Shown piece by piece: positions 49,811 through 64,000 of a DNA stretch of 64,000 nt (position 1 is its first letter; every line of letters starts with the position of its first letter). The notes below the pieces were generated by a model. The model worked only from the letters and a program-made list of their open reading frames with translations, was not told where the DNA came from and did not search any database. This stretch comes from the human T2T-CHM13v2.0 reference genome, Homo sapiens, in NCBI RefSeq assembly GCF_009914755.1, contig NC_060931.1; one strand, given 5' to 3'. The position numbers and the translations under genes are program-made.

Positions 49811-52128
49811 CTGAATCAAGTCACTCTCATAGGCCACTGGGAAAATGTCCAGTTGATATCTGGGCAAGTCTGAGCTACTGGGCAATTTAGTGATACTGCT
49901 TTCTACTCTAAGATTTGAGAGGAGAAATATGGACATCACGTAGTTTTACTGCTGATAAAACTGGATTGGGGAATTTGGCTTGGACTAAGGCAAAATACGC
50001 TTCCTAATACTCTCCTTTCATCACCACCAAAAACAAACTGACCAAGAAATCAATAAACAAACAAAGGCACTGGGAAATGTAGGGCTTTGGTGCACAAAAT
50101 TCAAATGTCCATTCTTTCAGAATATACTGTCTTTATTTTTATACGCTGCCCTCCTTTTCATCCTGTCCTAAAGGAGAGACTGGTTACTGGATTGAGACTA
50201 TTGAAAAGAGGCTCAGTTGCATGCAGGTGGTCTACACTCTTTTTGCCTCCTTTATTTAGGGCTTGCCAGCTTGTAGATTGGCCCCATTCTCTCGTTTTTT
50301 GCTTGGTAAACCTACTGAGGCAGGTGAGTCCAACCCTTGTTCTCCAATCTCACTTTAATGCTAATATAGCTGATATTTTTTATCCATGACTGTTTTGTCT
50401 ATCTCCCAAATGACTCACAACTTGAAGAAACCAACAGAGTGAGTACTTGGCTCTCCCTTCAAAAACTCCAATAGCCTCTAGAATACACCAAGTCTGTGTT
50501 CCATTGGATGGAAGAGAAGTCAGAGCTATCAGTAGTGGGAATGTTTCACAGAGTTGGCCTCATATCAGACCATATAAACTAATAAAATATTAGCTTTATT
50601 TTTTATTTTATTAGTTTATACTAATATTTTATTAGTTTATACCAATAAATATATAATATTTTGACCAGTCAAAACTAATATTTACTCCACACGTTGGTTC
50701 CCTCTTGAAAATACTCTCTCCTGATATCCCAGGAGAATTATAGATAAGGCCCAGCACCTCAGCCCGATGGCTTTCAATCTCCAAAGACAAACAGATTGAT
50801 TTTGTTAAGCACTAATTTCCAAGCGCCTCACAAAATCTGTTTCACTATATCTTTTACTTCTCCAACCCTTTATCTTTTCTTTCGTCATTACTTGCATGTG
50901 TATTTTGAGTGTGGTAACCAGATAGATTTAGGAAAAAAATCTTGGTCTGGAAGCTGTGACAGGCCACACTGTAATACAGCTGGCAGCATGGCGTTCCCAA
51001 TTCACCACAAAGAACATATGAACTCTTTGTACCTGACACTTTACACAATATGCTCCCTGGCTTTAAGAAAACATTATTTCATGTTCTTACTCTAATCAGT
51101 CTTGTCTGCCAGCCTCGAGAACTGAGAGGTTCATTGTTATATGCAGCTGTCATTTGTTCCATCTCCAGGCTGTCTCTGCCTTCAATATCTTTGTGGTATT
51201 TAGTGAAAGTAATTTTCAGTTGGAAATCTTCTGCCCTTTCAGTAAGTGCAAGTATAGTACTTCATCAATGGCCAAAGAATTCTGAGCTATCTGGGATGTG
51301 TCAGGACAGTTGATAAAACCTCACGGAGCAACCTATGATAGTACATCCCATCATAAATTTTTTAAAAAACGGCAGAAAGGGCCTTTGTCAGTGTTTATCT
51401 GAAGCGCTTTTATTCTTTGCCCTTGATTTCCTCTTCAGAAAATTGATGCACCCTTAAATTGAAGCAAGAGGCTTGACAGGTGATGGTTAGTGTGATAACT
51501 GCTCAGATTTCATCAGCCAGTGTTTTTCTGGTGGTGCAATTGTCGGAACTTTCAGCTAGATTACCTGTCATCCACTACATCAGATAAAAGAGGCAGGGTT
51601 GAAAGATGCAGTTTTGCCACCGTACCTTATAGCAAATGAAAAGTGCAGGTATGGTAACAGTAGCGAGGAAGAAGTACAATTATTTTCTAATCAGGCTATT
51701 TCTTCAAGAAAGTTGGTGCCCAAATTGGCAACCACTGGGCAAAACTATTGCTAAATTTGCATTGTTTAATTTATGAGGAATAAATGAAAAGAACAGTCAC
51801 ACAGTAGTGCTGTGAGCTCCCCTTCCAAATCCATTTTATTTGTTCCACATATTGAAACAGTAGCAGTTTATTTTTAGACACAAAAAAAGTGTTCCTATTT
51901 TGGATACATCTCAATATGCTGATGTTGAGCCTGTATTTTGATCTGCTATTAAACTGTTTGAAACCATGAAGGGAGGCGTTATTCTAGAGAAAGTTTTACA
52001 GACAAACTTTTCGGTTAAAAAATTGAAAATAGCACATTTTGGAAGAATTGTACTATGTAAGAATAATTTTGTAACTTTTTTATTTTAAAAGTAACATGGG
52101 GTGATAAATCAGGTAAGAAAAACTCTAA

Positions 52129-52410
<282 letters not shown>

Positions 52411-53162
52411 TGAATGTAGCTGTCACATGACAATTGGAAATTGGTTTCCTCTGAAAAGGAAAGAGTACCTTTCTTCTTGATAGGATAGAACAGAGTTATA
52501 CACTTTGTTACCACATTAGATAAAGCCCTTTAGAATTTTCACTAGAAAATACTTATTTTCAGAGTTTTCTACAATTACCCAGGATCATTTATTTTCCAGG
52601 GTGAAATATAGCATTCAAATCTGGCTGTCATACAAGGAACAATTGTTCTTTATTCAGGCAAAATAATGATTTTCTCACAGCACAGTCACACACATATTTA
52701 GATCTTCTCATTTTAATTAAATATACATACTCATCAGGGTAAATCTCAACAGCAAATGTTTATCACCGCCTCCTCTTCAGGTGAGTTCGGTATGTGATGG
52801 GTCTTTATTAATTATCAATCTAATATGAGCATTTGATGTTTAGTTACTAAGCCGTTTCTAAAATTTTCCCCTTTCCTTTGTCTTTTTCATTTGGAGATAG
52901 TTTGCTATACTAGAAAGAAGACTAAACTAGGGAGGCAGCACAAACATAATGGTCAAGGATTTGGGTGATACTGAGAGAAGAGTCTAAAATCATTTTCATC
53001 AAATTGGACACATTGTTTACCCCAAGGAGAGTGCTTTGGGAAAGGAGAGAGGCAGATTATTAACTTTTTCATTATACACTTCTGCACTATTAGACTTGAA
53101 TTACTTTTGTAACTAAAAGCAATATAATCATAAAATTAAAAAGTTTAAAAATATGTATAATC

Positions 53163-53375
53163 TTAGGAATTGATATCCTAGGTTTAAATCTTGGCTCTTC
53201 TACTCGCTCTCTGTGCCATTTGGGGCTAGTAATTTTTCTTCTTTGAGCTTCGGTTTTCTCATCTGCAAAATGGGCATAATAATAATACCCAGGTTATGAA
53301 ATTGTTGTGAGGATTAAGTTACATAAAACATTTGAAATACTCTGGACATAGAAAGTACCCAATAAATACTACCTT
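53163..53375 (+). mobile_element. MIR
   Basis: ttctcatctgcaaaatgggcataataata...ttgttgtgaggattaag. Confidence 0.8.
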
Positions 53376-53789
53376 TTTGGAATAAGGAGACCTGTATATG
53401 TGTCACAAACTAGATACAAGATGCATTCCTTTGGTAAAAAATTTGATCTTTTATGAGCCAAGTTTCTTCTCCCCATAAAATGGGTAAATTAGAAGTGACG
53501 GCATCTGAGGCTCATTCTATTTCAAACATTTCGTATTCCATATAAAATGTAGTTGGAGAGGTGCATGTGTGTTGGTTTCATGGAAAGAGACTTAGGTTGT
53601 GATCTTGGTCTACCATGTATCTATTTCTTCACTTAGCAAAGATCCCTACCTTCATGTTTTCAAAGTGTGAAGCCTTTAACTATTTAAGAAACCTAAAGTG
53701 CACCCTCCACACTATGAAATCTTGCCTGACTTCTCCAGCATATAAGAAAACCCTTCTCCTTCAAATTGAAGCATTTCTAATTCTGCCTT

Positions 53790-54330
53790 TGGCCTTGTGA
53801 GGTCATCTGGGTCAACCTATCTTTACAGCTCATACAATTACATTGATGGAGAGTGGACTATGTTTTGAGCTAGAGCATTCCATGATCTATTAGCAAAATG
53901 TATTAGAGAGATTTTTCTTACATTGAGTTGAAATCCAGCTTTCAGTAACTTTTACCCACTTGCCCTAGATTGTATAACAGCATCCAAATCTAGCTGTCAT
54001 ACAGATTGCTGTCCCCAAAGCTGTACAGAACCCATCCTTTTTTTCTTCCATGAGATGGCCTGCCAAACATTTCAAATTTGCTTCATGTCCTCTTTATGCT
54101 TATTGTTTCCCAGGTTCCATTGAGACTGAAATAAGTAATACGTGGCTCTTCAACATTCCTCCAAAGACACAACTACAGACATTTGGTCTTTCTTCTTTAC
54201 ACACCTTGAGGTAGTCTTAAAATATATCATCCACAATCACAGCTCTACTCCAGAGAGTCTATGACAAGTGTCAAATACATTGAGACTCTTATATCTCACT
54301 CCCTGAGCACCATATTTCCATCTAGGAGTA
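53790..54330 (-). mobile_element. L3/CR1 fragment
   Basis: gaggtcatctgggtcaacc; ttcttacattgagttgaaatc..gtaacttttacccact. Confidence 0.55.
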
Positions 54331-54569
54331 TGTGTGTTAAGTTTATTTGATTTTGCTAGCATTCTCTGGATCTCCCAGCATATAGATCTTATTTAAAAAA
54401 AAGAAGAAAAGAAGATACTTTGGCCTAACTTGGTTTTAGTAAGCTTATTCTGGCTCTTGTTAATCATCATTGTGTGTGTGTGTATCTGTTGTGGGGGGAT
54501 GGGGGCCAACCATCTCTTTAACAATTCCGTTTAAAATATTTTCTTGCTGGAGCGTTTGGACATTAATAG

Positions 54570-55447
54570 GTAAAAATAAATAAACCTTGACCTAATAGAT
54601 CATGGACTTAAATGTAAAATGCAAAGCAATAAAACTCTTAGGAAAAAAAAATAGGACAATATCTTTGAGACCTAGGTCTAGGCTAAGAGTACTCAGACTT
54701 GACCCCAGAAGTGTAGTCCATAAGAGGAGAAAATGCCAAATTGGACCTTATCAAGATTAAAGACTTTTGCTCTGTGAAACTCCCTATGAGGAAAATGAAA
54801 AGACAAGCCACAGACTGAGAGAAAATATTTGCCACACATTTGACAAAGGGCTTGTGTCTAAAATATATAAAGAACTCTCTAAACTCAACAGTAGAAAAAG
54901 AAACAAGGCAATTAGAAAATGGGCAAAAGACATAAAGTGGCATTTCACTGAAGAGGATATAGAGATGAAAAATAAGCAAATTGAAAGATGTCCAAAATAT
55001 TTAGCTATTAAGGAAATGCAAAGTAAAATCACAATGAAATGTTCCCATAGCACTATGAGAATAACTAAAATAAAATATAGTGACAACCCCAAAAGCTGGC
55101 AAGAATGTGGGGAACCAGATCACTCATACATTGCTAGTGGAAATGTAAAATGATAGTTACTTTAGAAAAAGAGTATGGCAGTTTTGTAAAAATACAAAAA
55201 ACAAAAAAAACTAAAGAAGTGCTTATCATATGATCTAGCAATTGCACTTTGGTGCATTTATCCCAGAAAAAGGAAAACTTACGTTCACATGAAAACCTAT
55301 ACAAGAATATTTATAGCAGTTTTATTTATTATAGCTAAAATCTAGAAGCAACCTAAATATCCTTCAAAGGATGAATAGTTAAACAATGTGTGGTATATAA
55401 ACACCATGAAATACTACTCGGTAATGAAAAGGAATGAACTATTGATG
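54570..55447 (+). mobile_element. L1MC/MD-type ORF2 3' fragment
   Basis: ORF 54767-55153 (GLVSKIYKELSKLN..KWAKD..EMQSKITM) is the L1 ORF2 C-terminus. Confidence 0.88.
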
Positions 55448-55449
55448 CA

Positions 55450-55772
55450 GCTTCCCTTGTCACTGGGTTTGGACCAATGGGATAAAAACATCCATGTTTT
55501 CAAAGGCCTTTTGGTCATCCTGCTGGCTGGAATGTGAATGTTATGGATGGAGCGCCAGCCGACCTCTTGGACCACATAGTACAGGCCATGTGTAGAGAAT
55601 GGTAGAGCTACAAATAGGAGAAACCTGGTACCCTGATGATTGTGGAAATATCATACCAGCCCTGGACTAGTTACCCCTGAATCTCTTTTATTGGAAAGTG
55701 AAAGAAGCAATAAGTGAAAGTCATCTTTATTTGGAGTTTTCTGTCACATGCAGGTGAATCCAAACCTAGAAA
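55450..55772 (+). mobile_element. MLT1J/K LTR fragment
   Basis: cctgctggctggaatgtgaatg..ctggtaccctgatga..ccagccctggact..ttctgtcacatgcag. Confidence 0.65.
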
Positions 55773-55921
55773 ATGCAAGATGCACATCCAAGCAGTGGAA
55801 GGAAAGGCAGTGCGACTGGGGAATAGTGGCAATGAGAGAGAGAGAGTTGTATAGAATGAAGTCAAAGAGATGGCTGAACCAGGGTAGAGAGTAGGATTTT
55901 ATTCAACATGTAAGGGAAAGC

Positions 55922-56254
55922 TGTCTTAGTCTGTTCAGTCTGCTGTAACAAAACTCCATAAACTGGGTAGCTTGTAAACAACAGAAATTTACTTCTCACA
56001 GTTTTGCAGGCTGAGTAGTACGAGATCAAATACTAACGGATTGAGCAAGAGCCTATTTCTTGGTTCACAGAAGACATCTTCTGGCTGAGTCCTCACATGG
56101 CAGAAGGGGCGAATAAGCTCCTGAGATCTATTTTAAAAGGTCAATAATCCCATTCACTTAACCTCCCAGGAGGCCCTACCTACTAATACTATCACCTTGA
56201 AAGCTAGGATTTTAACATGAATTTTGTGGCAACACAAACATTCAGACTATAACA
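55922..56254 (-). mobile_element. MLT1A/MST-type solo LTR inserted in L2
   Basis: tgtcttagtctgttcag...cacaaacattcagactataaca; perfect 5-bp TSD AAAGC. Confidence 0.9.
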
Positions 56255-56259
56255 AAAGC

Positions 56260-57140
56260 TACTGGGACATTTTGAGTGGGAGAGTACACGGTCTGATTTA
56301 CATTTTAAGGGTTTGCTTTGTTTGCTGCAATGTGGCAAGAGTGAACAATGGACCCTAGTTCTAAGGCTGTTGAAGTATTCTAGGCAAGATATAGTGAAGT
56401 GGATAGAGTTCGCAATTTTTACAGGCAGTGTTGGCAGGACTGCTTCAGGGTTAGATTAGAGTGACATAGTACAAGAAGAACCAAAATAACTCCTGGATTT
56501 GGGACTTGGCAAGCAAATGGATAATGATGGGCAAAAATTCTGTTTTCTCTGGGTTAAGTTTGAATGAGGTCTTTTGGCCTCCGTGTAGAGAGGTCAAGTT
56601 GGCAGTCAGATATATAAGGCTGGAGCTCAGGGAGAGGTCAGCCTGAACCTAGAGACTAGGAGCCATGGGACATAACACTGGACGAACCCGCTATGGGACC
56701 ATATACAAAGAGAAGGAAAAAGGGCCCAGAGCACAACCTTGAGGCACAGAAGCAAAATGGCGAGTCCCTTAGAGGTAAGGGTGTAAGAGGATCAGAGAAA
56801 ACTTCCCGCAGAAAGGTCTATCAGAGACATGAAAAGTGGGTGTGACTGTGCAGGCAAATGGGGATGGGGTGTTAATAAAAGTGTTCCAGGCAGAGAGAAC
56901 AGCACAGGCGAGGGCTCGAAAGCATTCAAGGAACTGAAAGAAGTTCATTCATGATGAGGAAGACATTAGGGGTGAGAAGTGTGGGAGTTTTGGTCAAGGT
57001 GGTGGCTGCTGAAGTCAGAGAAAAAGATGGAGAGATGAGCAGGAGTCAGCTTTTGGAGAGGATAGTAAAGAAGTTGAATGACATCCTGAGGGTACACGGG
57101 AGGCATTAAATGTTTAAGCAATGGTGTGACTTAATCCTAA
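56260..57140 (-). mobile_element. L2 fragments
   Basis: ctgatttacatttt, gactcctgg-like aactcctggattt, tggagctcagggagaggtcag, gttccaggcagagagaacagca. Confidence 0.7.
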
Positions 57141-57144
57141 GAAA

Positions 57145-57335
57145 CTAAGGTAATGGACATGGGCTCTGGAGCCTGACTGCATGGGTTGAAATTTGAGATC
57201 CATCACTTTCTGGTGGTGGAAACTTGAGAAGTTACAAAGATGCTTGGTGCCTTAGTTTCCTTATTTTATAGGATTGTTGTGGAGTTTAAATGGATGTAAA
57301 GCGCTTGGAACAGGCCCAGTAAAGTTATCTACTGT
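57145..57335 (+). mobile_element. MIR
   Basis: atgggctctggagcctgactgcatgggttgaaat...gtgccttagtttcctt. Confidence 0.75.
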
Positions 57336-58443
57336 TTTCAGATTTGAGTAGTTAGACGGAAAAGTGAGGCAGCTGTCATGAAAAAATTAAGATCTCAATA
57401 CAAGTAAATAAACACATGGGCAATTATAAAGATTAGTATTCTTGTGACAACAGTTTGAACCTCCAATTTTTGTTTTCTTCATTATTTAAGAAATGAATAC
57501 ATTAAAAAATTATCAATCTAAAGCTAGTATTGTTACAAACTTTGCTTTGTAGCTCTTTGTTTTGTTTTCTACATAATTTAGGAGACTAATGCATTCAAAA
57601 GAATTATTAGTTTGTGTTTTGGGGTACGCAATGTATAAAGACATAATTTTATGTCAATAACCCAAAGGGGTGGTGACAGAGCTGTAAAAAAGCAGAGTTT
57701 TTATATGTTATTGAAGTTAAGCTGCACAAATTCAAATTAGAGTGTTATAACATTAGGATGTTAAATGTAATTCCCATGGCAACCATAAAGAAAAAATAGT
57801 TTATGGTATACACGAAGGGAAATGAGAAAAGGAATCTAAACATTTCACTATAAAAAGCCAACTAAACACAAAAGACAGTAATGCAGCAAATGAGGGACCA
57901 AGAAAAAAATAAAGGCTATATGGCATGTAGAAAACATATAACAAAATGACAGAAGTAAGTCCTTCCTTACCAGTAATTACTTTAAATGTGAACAGATGAA
58001 ACTCTCCAATCAAAAGACAAAGATTGGCAGAATGTAAAAACACACAATCTAACAATAAACTCTCTATAAGAGACACACTTTAGGTCCAAAGAAACAAATC
58101 GATTGAAAGTGAATGTACGGAAGAAGATATTCCATCAAATAATAGCCAAAAGAGAACAGATGTGGCTATATTAATATAAGACATAATAAATTTTAAGTCA
58201 AATAAAGGTTACAAGAGACAAAGGAAAATATTATACATTAATGAGAGGAGATACAGCAAGAAGATATAACAATTATAAACATTTATGCTTCTAATGACAG
58301 ACTATCAAAATATGTCAAGTAAAAACTAACATAATTGAAGGAAAAAATGGGCAATTGTACAATAATAATTGGAGACTTCAATATGTCCTTTCAATAATAG
58401 ATAGAACAATCAGATAGAAGATCAGTAAGAAAATAGAGGACTT

Positions 58444-58764
<321 letters not shown>

Positions 58765-60104
58765 CTAGATTTAACAGACACAAATGGAACACTGTCTCCA
58801 ACAACAGCATACACATTCGCCTCAAATGCACATGGGACATTTTTCAGGATAGACCATGTGCTAGGTAACAAATAAAGTCTTAATGGATTTTAAAAGATAG
58901 AGATCAGCAAAATATCTTCTCCAGCCACAATGAGATGAAGTTAGAAATCAGTAAGAGAAATAAAACTAGAGAATTCACAAATTTGTGGAAATTAAACAAC
59001 ACGTTCAAACAACCATTGGGTAAAAGAAGAACTCAGAAGGAAATTAGAAAATACTTAGAGATAAATGAAAATGAAAACATAACATATTAACATTTATGGG
59101 ACCCAACAAAAGCAATGCTAAGGGGGAAACTTATAGCTGTAAGCACTTACATTAAAAACACACGCAAAAGATTTCAAATGAACAACCTAACTTTACAACT
59201 TAAGGAACTAGGAAAAGAACAACAAACTAAACACAAAGCTAGCAGAAAGCAGGATATAATAAAGATTAGAACAGAAATAAATGAAACAGACAATAGAAAC
59301 ACAATAGAGAAAATCAGTGAAACCAAAAGTTGTTTTTTGGAAAAAATTAACACAATTTACAAACCTTTTACTAGATGGATTAAAAAAAGTTAGAAGACAC
59401 AAGCTATTAAAATCAGAAGTGAAAATGCGGACTTTACTAACAATTCTAGGGAAATAAAAAGGATTATAAGACAGTATTATAAATAATTGCACACCGACAA
59501 ATTAGATAACCTACATGAGATGGTACATTACTAGAAACACAAAGCCTACCAAGTTTAAATAGGAAGAGATAGAAAATCTGAATAGACCTATAACTGGTAA
59601 GATGATTGAATCAGTAATAAAAAATCTCCCAAAAAAGAAAAGCCTTGTACCCGATGGTTTAATGAGGGAATTCTACCAAACATTTGAATAACTAATATCA
59701 ATCCTTCTCAAACTTTTCCAAAAAAATTGAAGAGGGGACACTTTCTAACTAATTCTATGAGGTCTGCATTACTCTGATACCAAAGACAGACAAGAACACT
59801 ATAAGAAAAAAGAACTACAGACCAATATCCCTTAGGAAAATTGATGTAAAAAGCCTCAACAATATACTGGCAAGCCAAATTTAGCAGCATGTTAAAAGGA
59901 TTATGCACCATGACCTAGTAGAATTTATCCCAGAAATGCAAGGATGGTTCATGAAAACCAAGCAATGTGATACACCACATTGATTAAATGAAGAAACAAA
60001 ATCACATGATCTTTTTAATTGATGCAGAAAAAGCATTTGACAAAAATCAACAACCTTTTATGATAAAAATGCTCAACAAACTAGGAATAGAAATAAACTA
60101 CCTT

Positions 60105-60399
60105 CGCCGGGCGCGGTGGCTCACTCCTGTAATCCCAGCACTTTGGGAGGCCAAGGCAGGTGGAACACGAGGCCAGGAGATGGAGACCATCCTGACTAAC
60201 ACAGTGAAACCCCATCTCTATTAAAAATACAAAAAATTAGCCAGGCGTGGTGGCGGGCACCTGTAGTCCCAGCTACTCAGGAGGCTGAGGCAGGAGAATG
60301 GCATGAACCCGGGAGGCGGAGCTTGCAGTGAGCCGAGTTGGTGCCACTGCACTCCAGCCTGGGCGACAGCCAGATTCCGTCTCAAAAAAAAAAGAAAAA
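60105..60399 (+). mobile_element. AluY
   Basis: gagaccatcctgactaacac, gaatggcatgaacccgggaggcggagcttgc; TSD agaaataaacta[c/t]ct. Confidence 0.94.
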
Positions 60400-61465
60400 A
60401 GAAATAAACTATCTCAAAATGATAAAAGCTATGTGTAAAAAACCCACAGCAAACATTATACTCAATGGTGAAAGACTGAAAGCTTTTCCTCTAAAATTAG
60501 GACCAAGACAACAATGCCCACATTCATCACTCTATGCAACACAGTGCTGGAAGTTCTAGCCGGAACAATTAGGCAAGAAAAAGAAATAAAAGACATCCAA
60601 AATGGAAAGGAAATGCAAATCATAACTGCAATGAGATACCATCTCACACCCATTAAGATGGCTACTAGAAGAAAAAACATGTGTTGGAAAAGATGTGGAG
60701 AAACTGTAATCTGTGTGCATCATAGCTCAGAATGTAAAATGGTACAGCTGTTGCAGAAGACAGGATGACAATTTTTCAAAAAATTAAAAATAGAGTTACC
60801 GTATGATAAAGCAATTGCACTTCTGTGTATATACTCAAAAGAATTGAAAGCAGTATATTGAAGATATTTGTGCAGCCATGTTCATAACAGCATTACTTAC
60901 CATAGCTAAAACATGGAAGCAACCAAAATGTCCATCAATGGATGAATGAATAAGAAAAATGTGATATATATACACACCATGGAATATTATTTAGCCTTAA
61001 AAAGGAAGGAAATTCTGCAATATGTTACAGCACGGATAAACTTTTAGGAATTATGCTAGTGAAATAAGCCGATCACAAGAAGACAAATACTGTATGATTT
61101 CACTTACATGAGATAAGTTTATACTCAAATTCATAGAGACAGAGAGTAGAAAGGTGGTTTCCAGGGGCTTGGGGGAGGAAGGAATGGGGAGTTATTATTT
61201 AATGGGTGTAGAGCTTAAATTTTACAAGACGAAACAGTTATGGAGATGGATGGTGTTGATGGTTGCACAACATTATGAATGTGTTTAGCATCCTTGAACT
61301 GGACACTTGAAAATGATTAACTTTGTTCAGTTTTCTGTTATGTGAATTTTATCACAATTTTTTTAATGGGGGTAAAAGTGAAGCAGCTGTTACAATATCT
61401 AAATGAGAGAGAATAATGGTCTAAATGGAAATGGTAAGAGTAGGTACTAGCAAAAGTGAATGGTT

Positions 61466-61982
<517 letters not shown>

Positions 61983-62740
61983 AGAGAAGTTGAGGGTGAC
62001 ACCCAGATTTATGGCTGGGGCAACTGGCAAGAGTAACATAGTTTCTGAGAAAGAAACTAGAGGAGGAGGTTTAGAGGATAAGTTCAGTTTTGGAGGTGAA
62101 GTGCCTTTAAATCATCAGAGTGGAAGTATCTGAAGGTAGATCTACAGGTCTGGAGTCTACAGGAGACAGCTTTGGGGTAGAGTTTTACTTGTGAACCATT
62201 TGGATAGGGACTTCATATTATGGGTGGAAAATGAATTCACAACAGTGGACAAGGCTGTCCAAGAAAAGTGAGAGAAGAAAAGTAGCCCAAACCCACTTGA
62301 TCTCAGGCCAAGTTCTTCCATGCTAGATGTTGGTGTGCTGGCAGTTTGCAGAACACAGGGTAAATCTAGTGTTGCTTCTTGCAAGATCAGCTTTACTTGA
62401 TGGAAGAACTTAAAATATTTTTGGTTCTATCATTCAACAAGTATTTACTGGGTACCTAATTTGTACCAGGCAACTCTTTCCTTCGTAAGTTTACACTCAG
62501 GTAGCGATAAACAAAATAATTTGGTATATTATACAGTATATTAAAAGGTGAAATGTGCCTTGAGGAAAGATAAAGCAAGGAAAATGGATGAGGGATACCA
62601 GATCAGGGCATAAGGGGGGGCTGTAATTTTAAATGAGAGCAGGAAAGTGCTCTTTGTAGCTTGAAGGGGTAAGGGAGTAACAGAGCTATTGGCAGAAAGG
62701 ATGTTCTAGGCAGAAGGAACAACAAATGCAAATGTTCTAA

Positions 62741-63125
<385 letters not shown>

Positions 63126-63525
63126 GAAAAACAGTATTTAGGAGGAAGAATATCAAAAGAGGTCAGACTAGTGATAAGAAGCCCGTCCATGCACGGCCAC
63201 ACTGACTATTACAAGAATACTTACAGTCTGTAAAAATTGGGTGCCATTGTAAGGCAGAGGGTGGTGGAGGGGTGGGGATTAACCAGAGAAGAAACATGAT
63301 CTGACATCCTTTATAACAAGATTAATCTAGCTGTATATGTACACTAGAAAGACTGGCAATGAATATAAGAGAAATGGAAATTCTTAAATGCTACTCTTCA
63401 GTTCATGGGACACTGTCATCTTTGGTCCAACTAGTGCTACTTTTTATTCTCTACTTATTTATACCCCTATTCATTTTCACATTCCCCTCTTCTCAGTAAG
63501 CACCTCTTCTAATATCCCTGAATAT

Positions 63526-63590
63526 CTATCTCTTTCCTTCCTTCCCTCCTTTCCTCCCTCCCTCCTTCCTTCCTTTTCTGCCTTCCTTCC
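63526..63590 (+). repeat. (CCTT/CCCT)n pyrimidine-rich simple repeat at an L2 tail
   Basis: ccttccttccctcctttcctccctccctccttccttcc. Confidence 0.85.
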
Positions 63591-64000
63591 ACAAGCCTTT
63601 ATTGTATAACTACTGAGAGCCAGAAATTGGTGTTTGGTGTCTGAGCTCCAAAGACATAGTAGTTCCAAAGGAGCCAATAGTTCAGTGGGGTGACAGGCGA
63701 ATTATAACACTATAATGCACACCATGCTAAAATAGAAATTTGTATGAAGTGCTACAGGAATGTAACAGAAGGAGTCTTTAATTGCCAACAGGAATAAACC
63801 ACTGATGAGGGTATGGTTCACAGTGGAGATGATGTATTATTACTTTAAAAATTATCTAATGATCTTTTATTATTACATTGTTACATCATTAACTTCACTG
63901 GACAACAAAGATAGATTGTTCAATTGCCAATTTTATGAGCATGAAACTATTCTTTAAAAAATACTGTAACATTGCAGTCTAGTTTCCAAGATGGTGAATT

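Overview
AT-rich, repeat-dense primate (most likely human) intergenic or deep-intronic DNA. I cannot name the locus. No protein-coding exon, structural RNA gene, CpG island or CRISPR/prokaryotic feature is recognisable; most long ORFs in the track are decayed LINE-1 ORF1/ORF2 or Alu/LTR read-through. Roughly half the window is interspersed repeat: two large antisense L1PA elements, older L1M/L1MB, 13 dimeric Alus plus 3 free monomers (many with readable TSDs), MaLR/ERVL solo LTRs, hAT MITEs (MER1B, MER3, MER5A, MER20, MER53), MIR/L2/L3. Subfamily calls are from remembered diagnostics, not a RepeatMasker run. Most notable: (1) a head-to-head L1 at 40.4-45.8 kb that looks like an L1PA8/L1PA7 chimera from homology-primed twin priming; (2) a CpG-retaining unique island at 31.86-32.23 kb with dense TF motifs, nested inverted repeats and a Kozak-context 56-codon ORF; (3) a MER53 with a one-base seed variant of miR-1302; (4) two local duplications; (5) several + strand exon-like units that could form a spliced lncRNA. 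None is proof of a new system; all are testable hypotheses.
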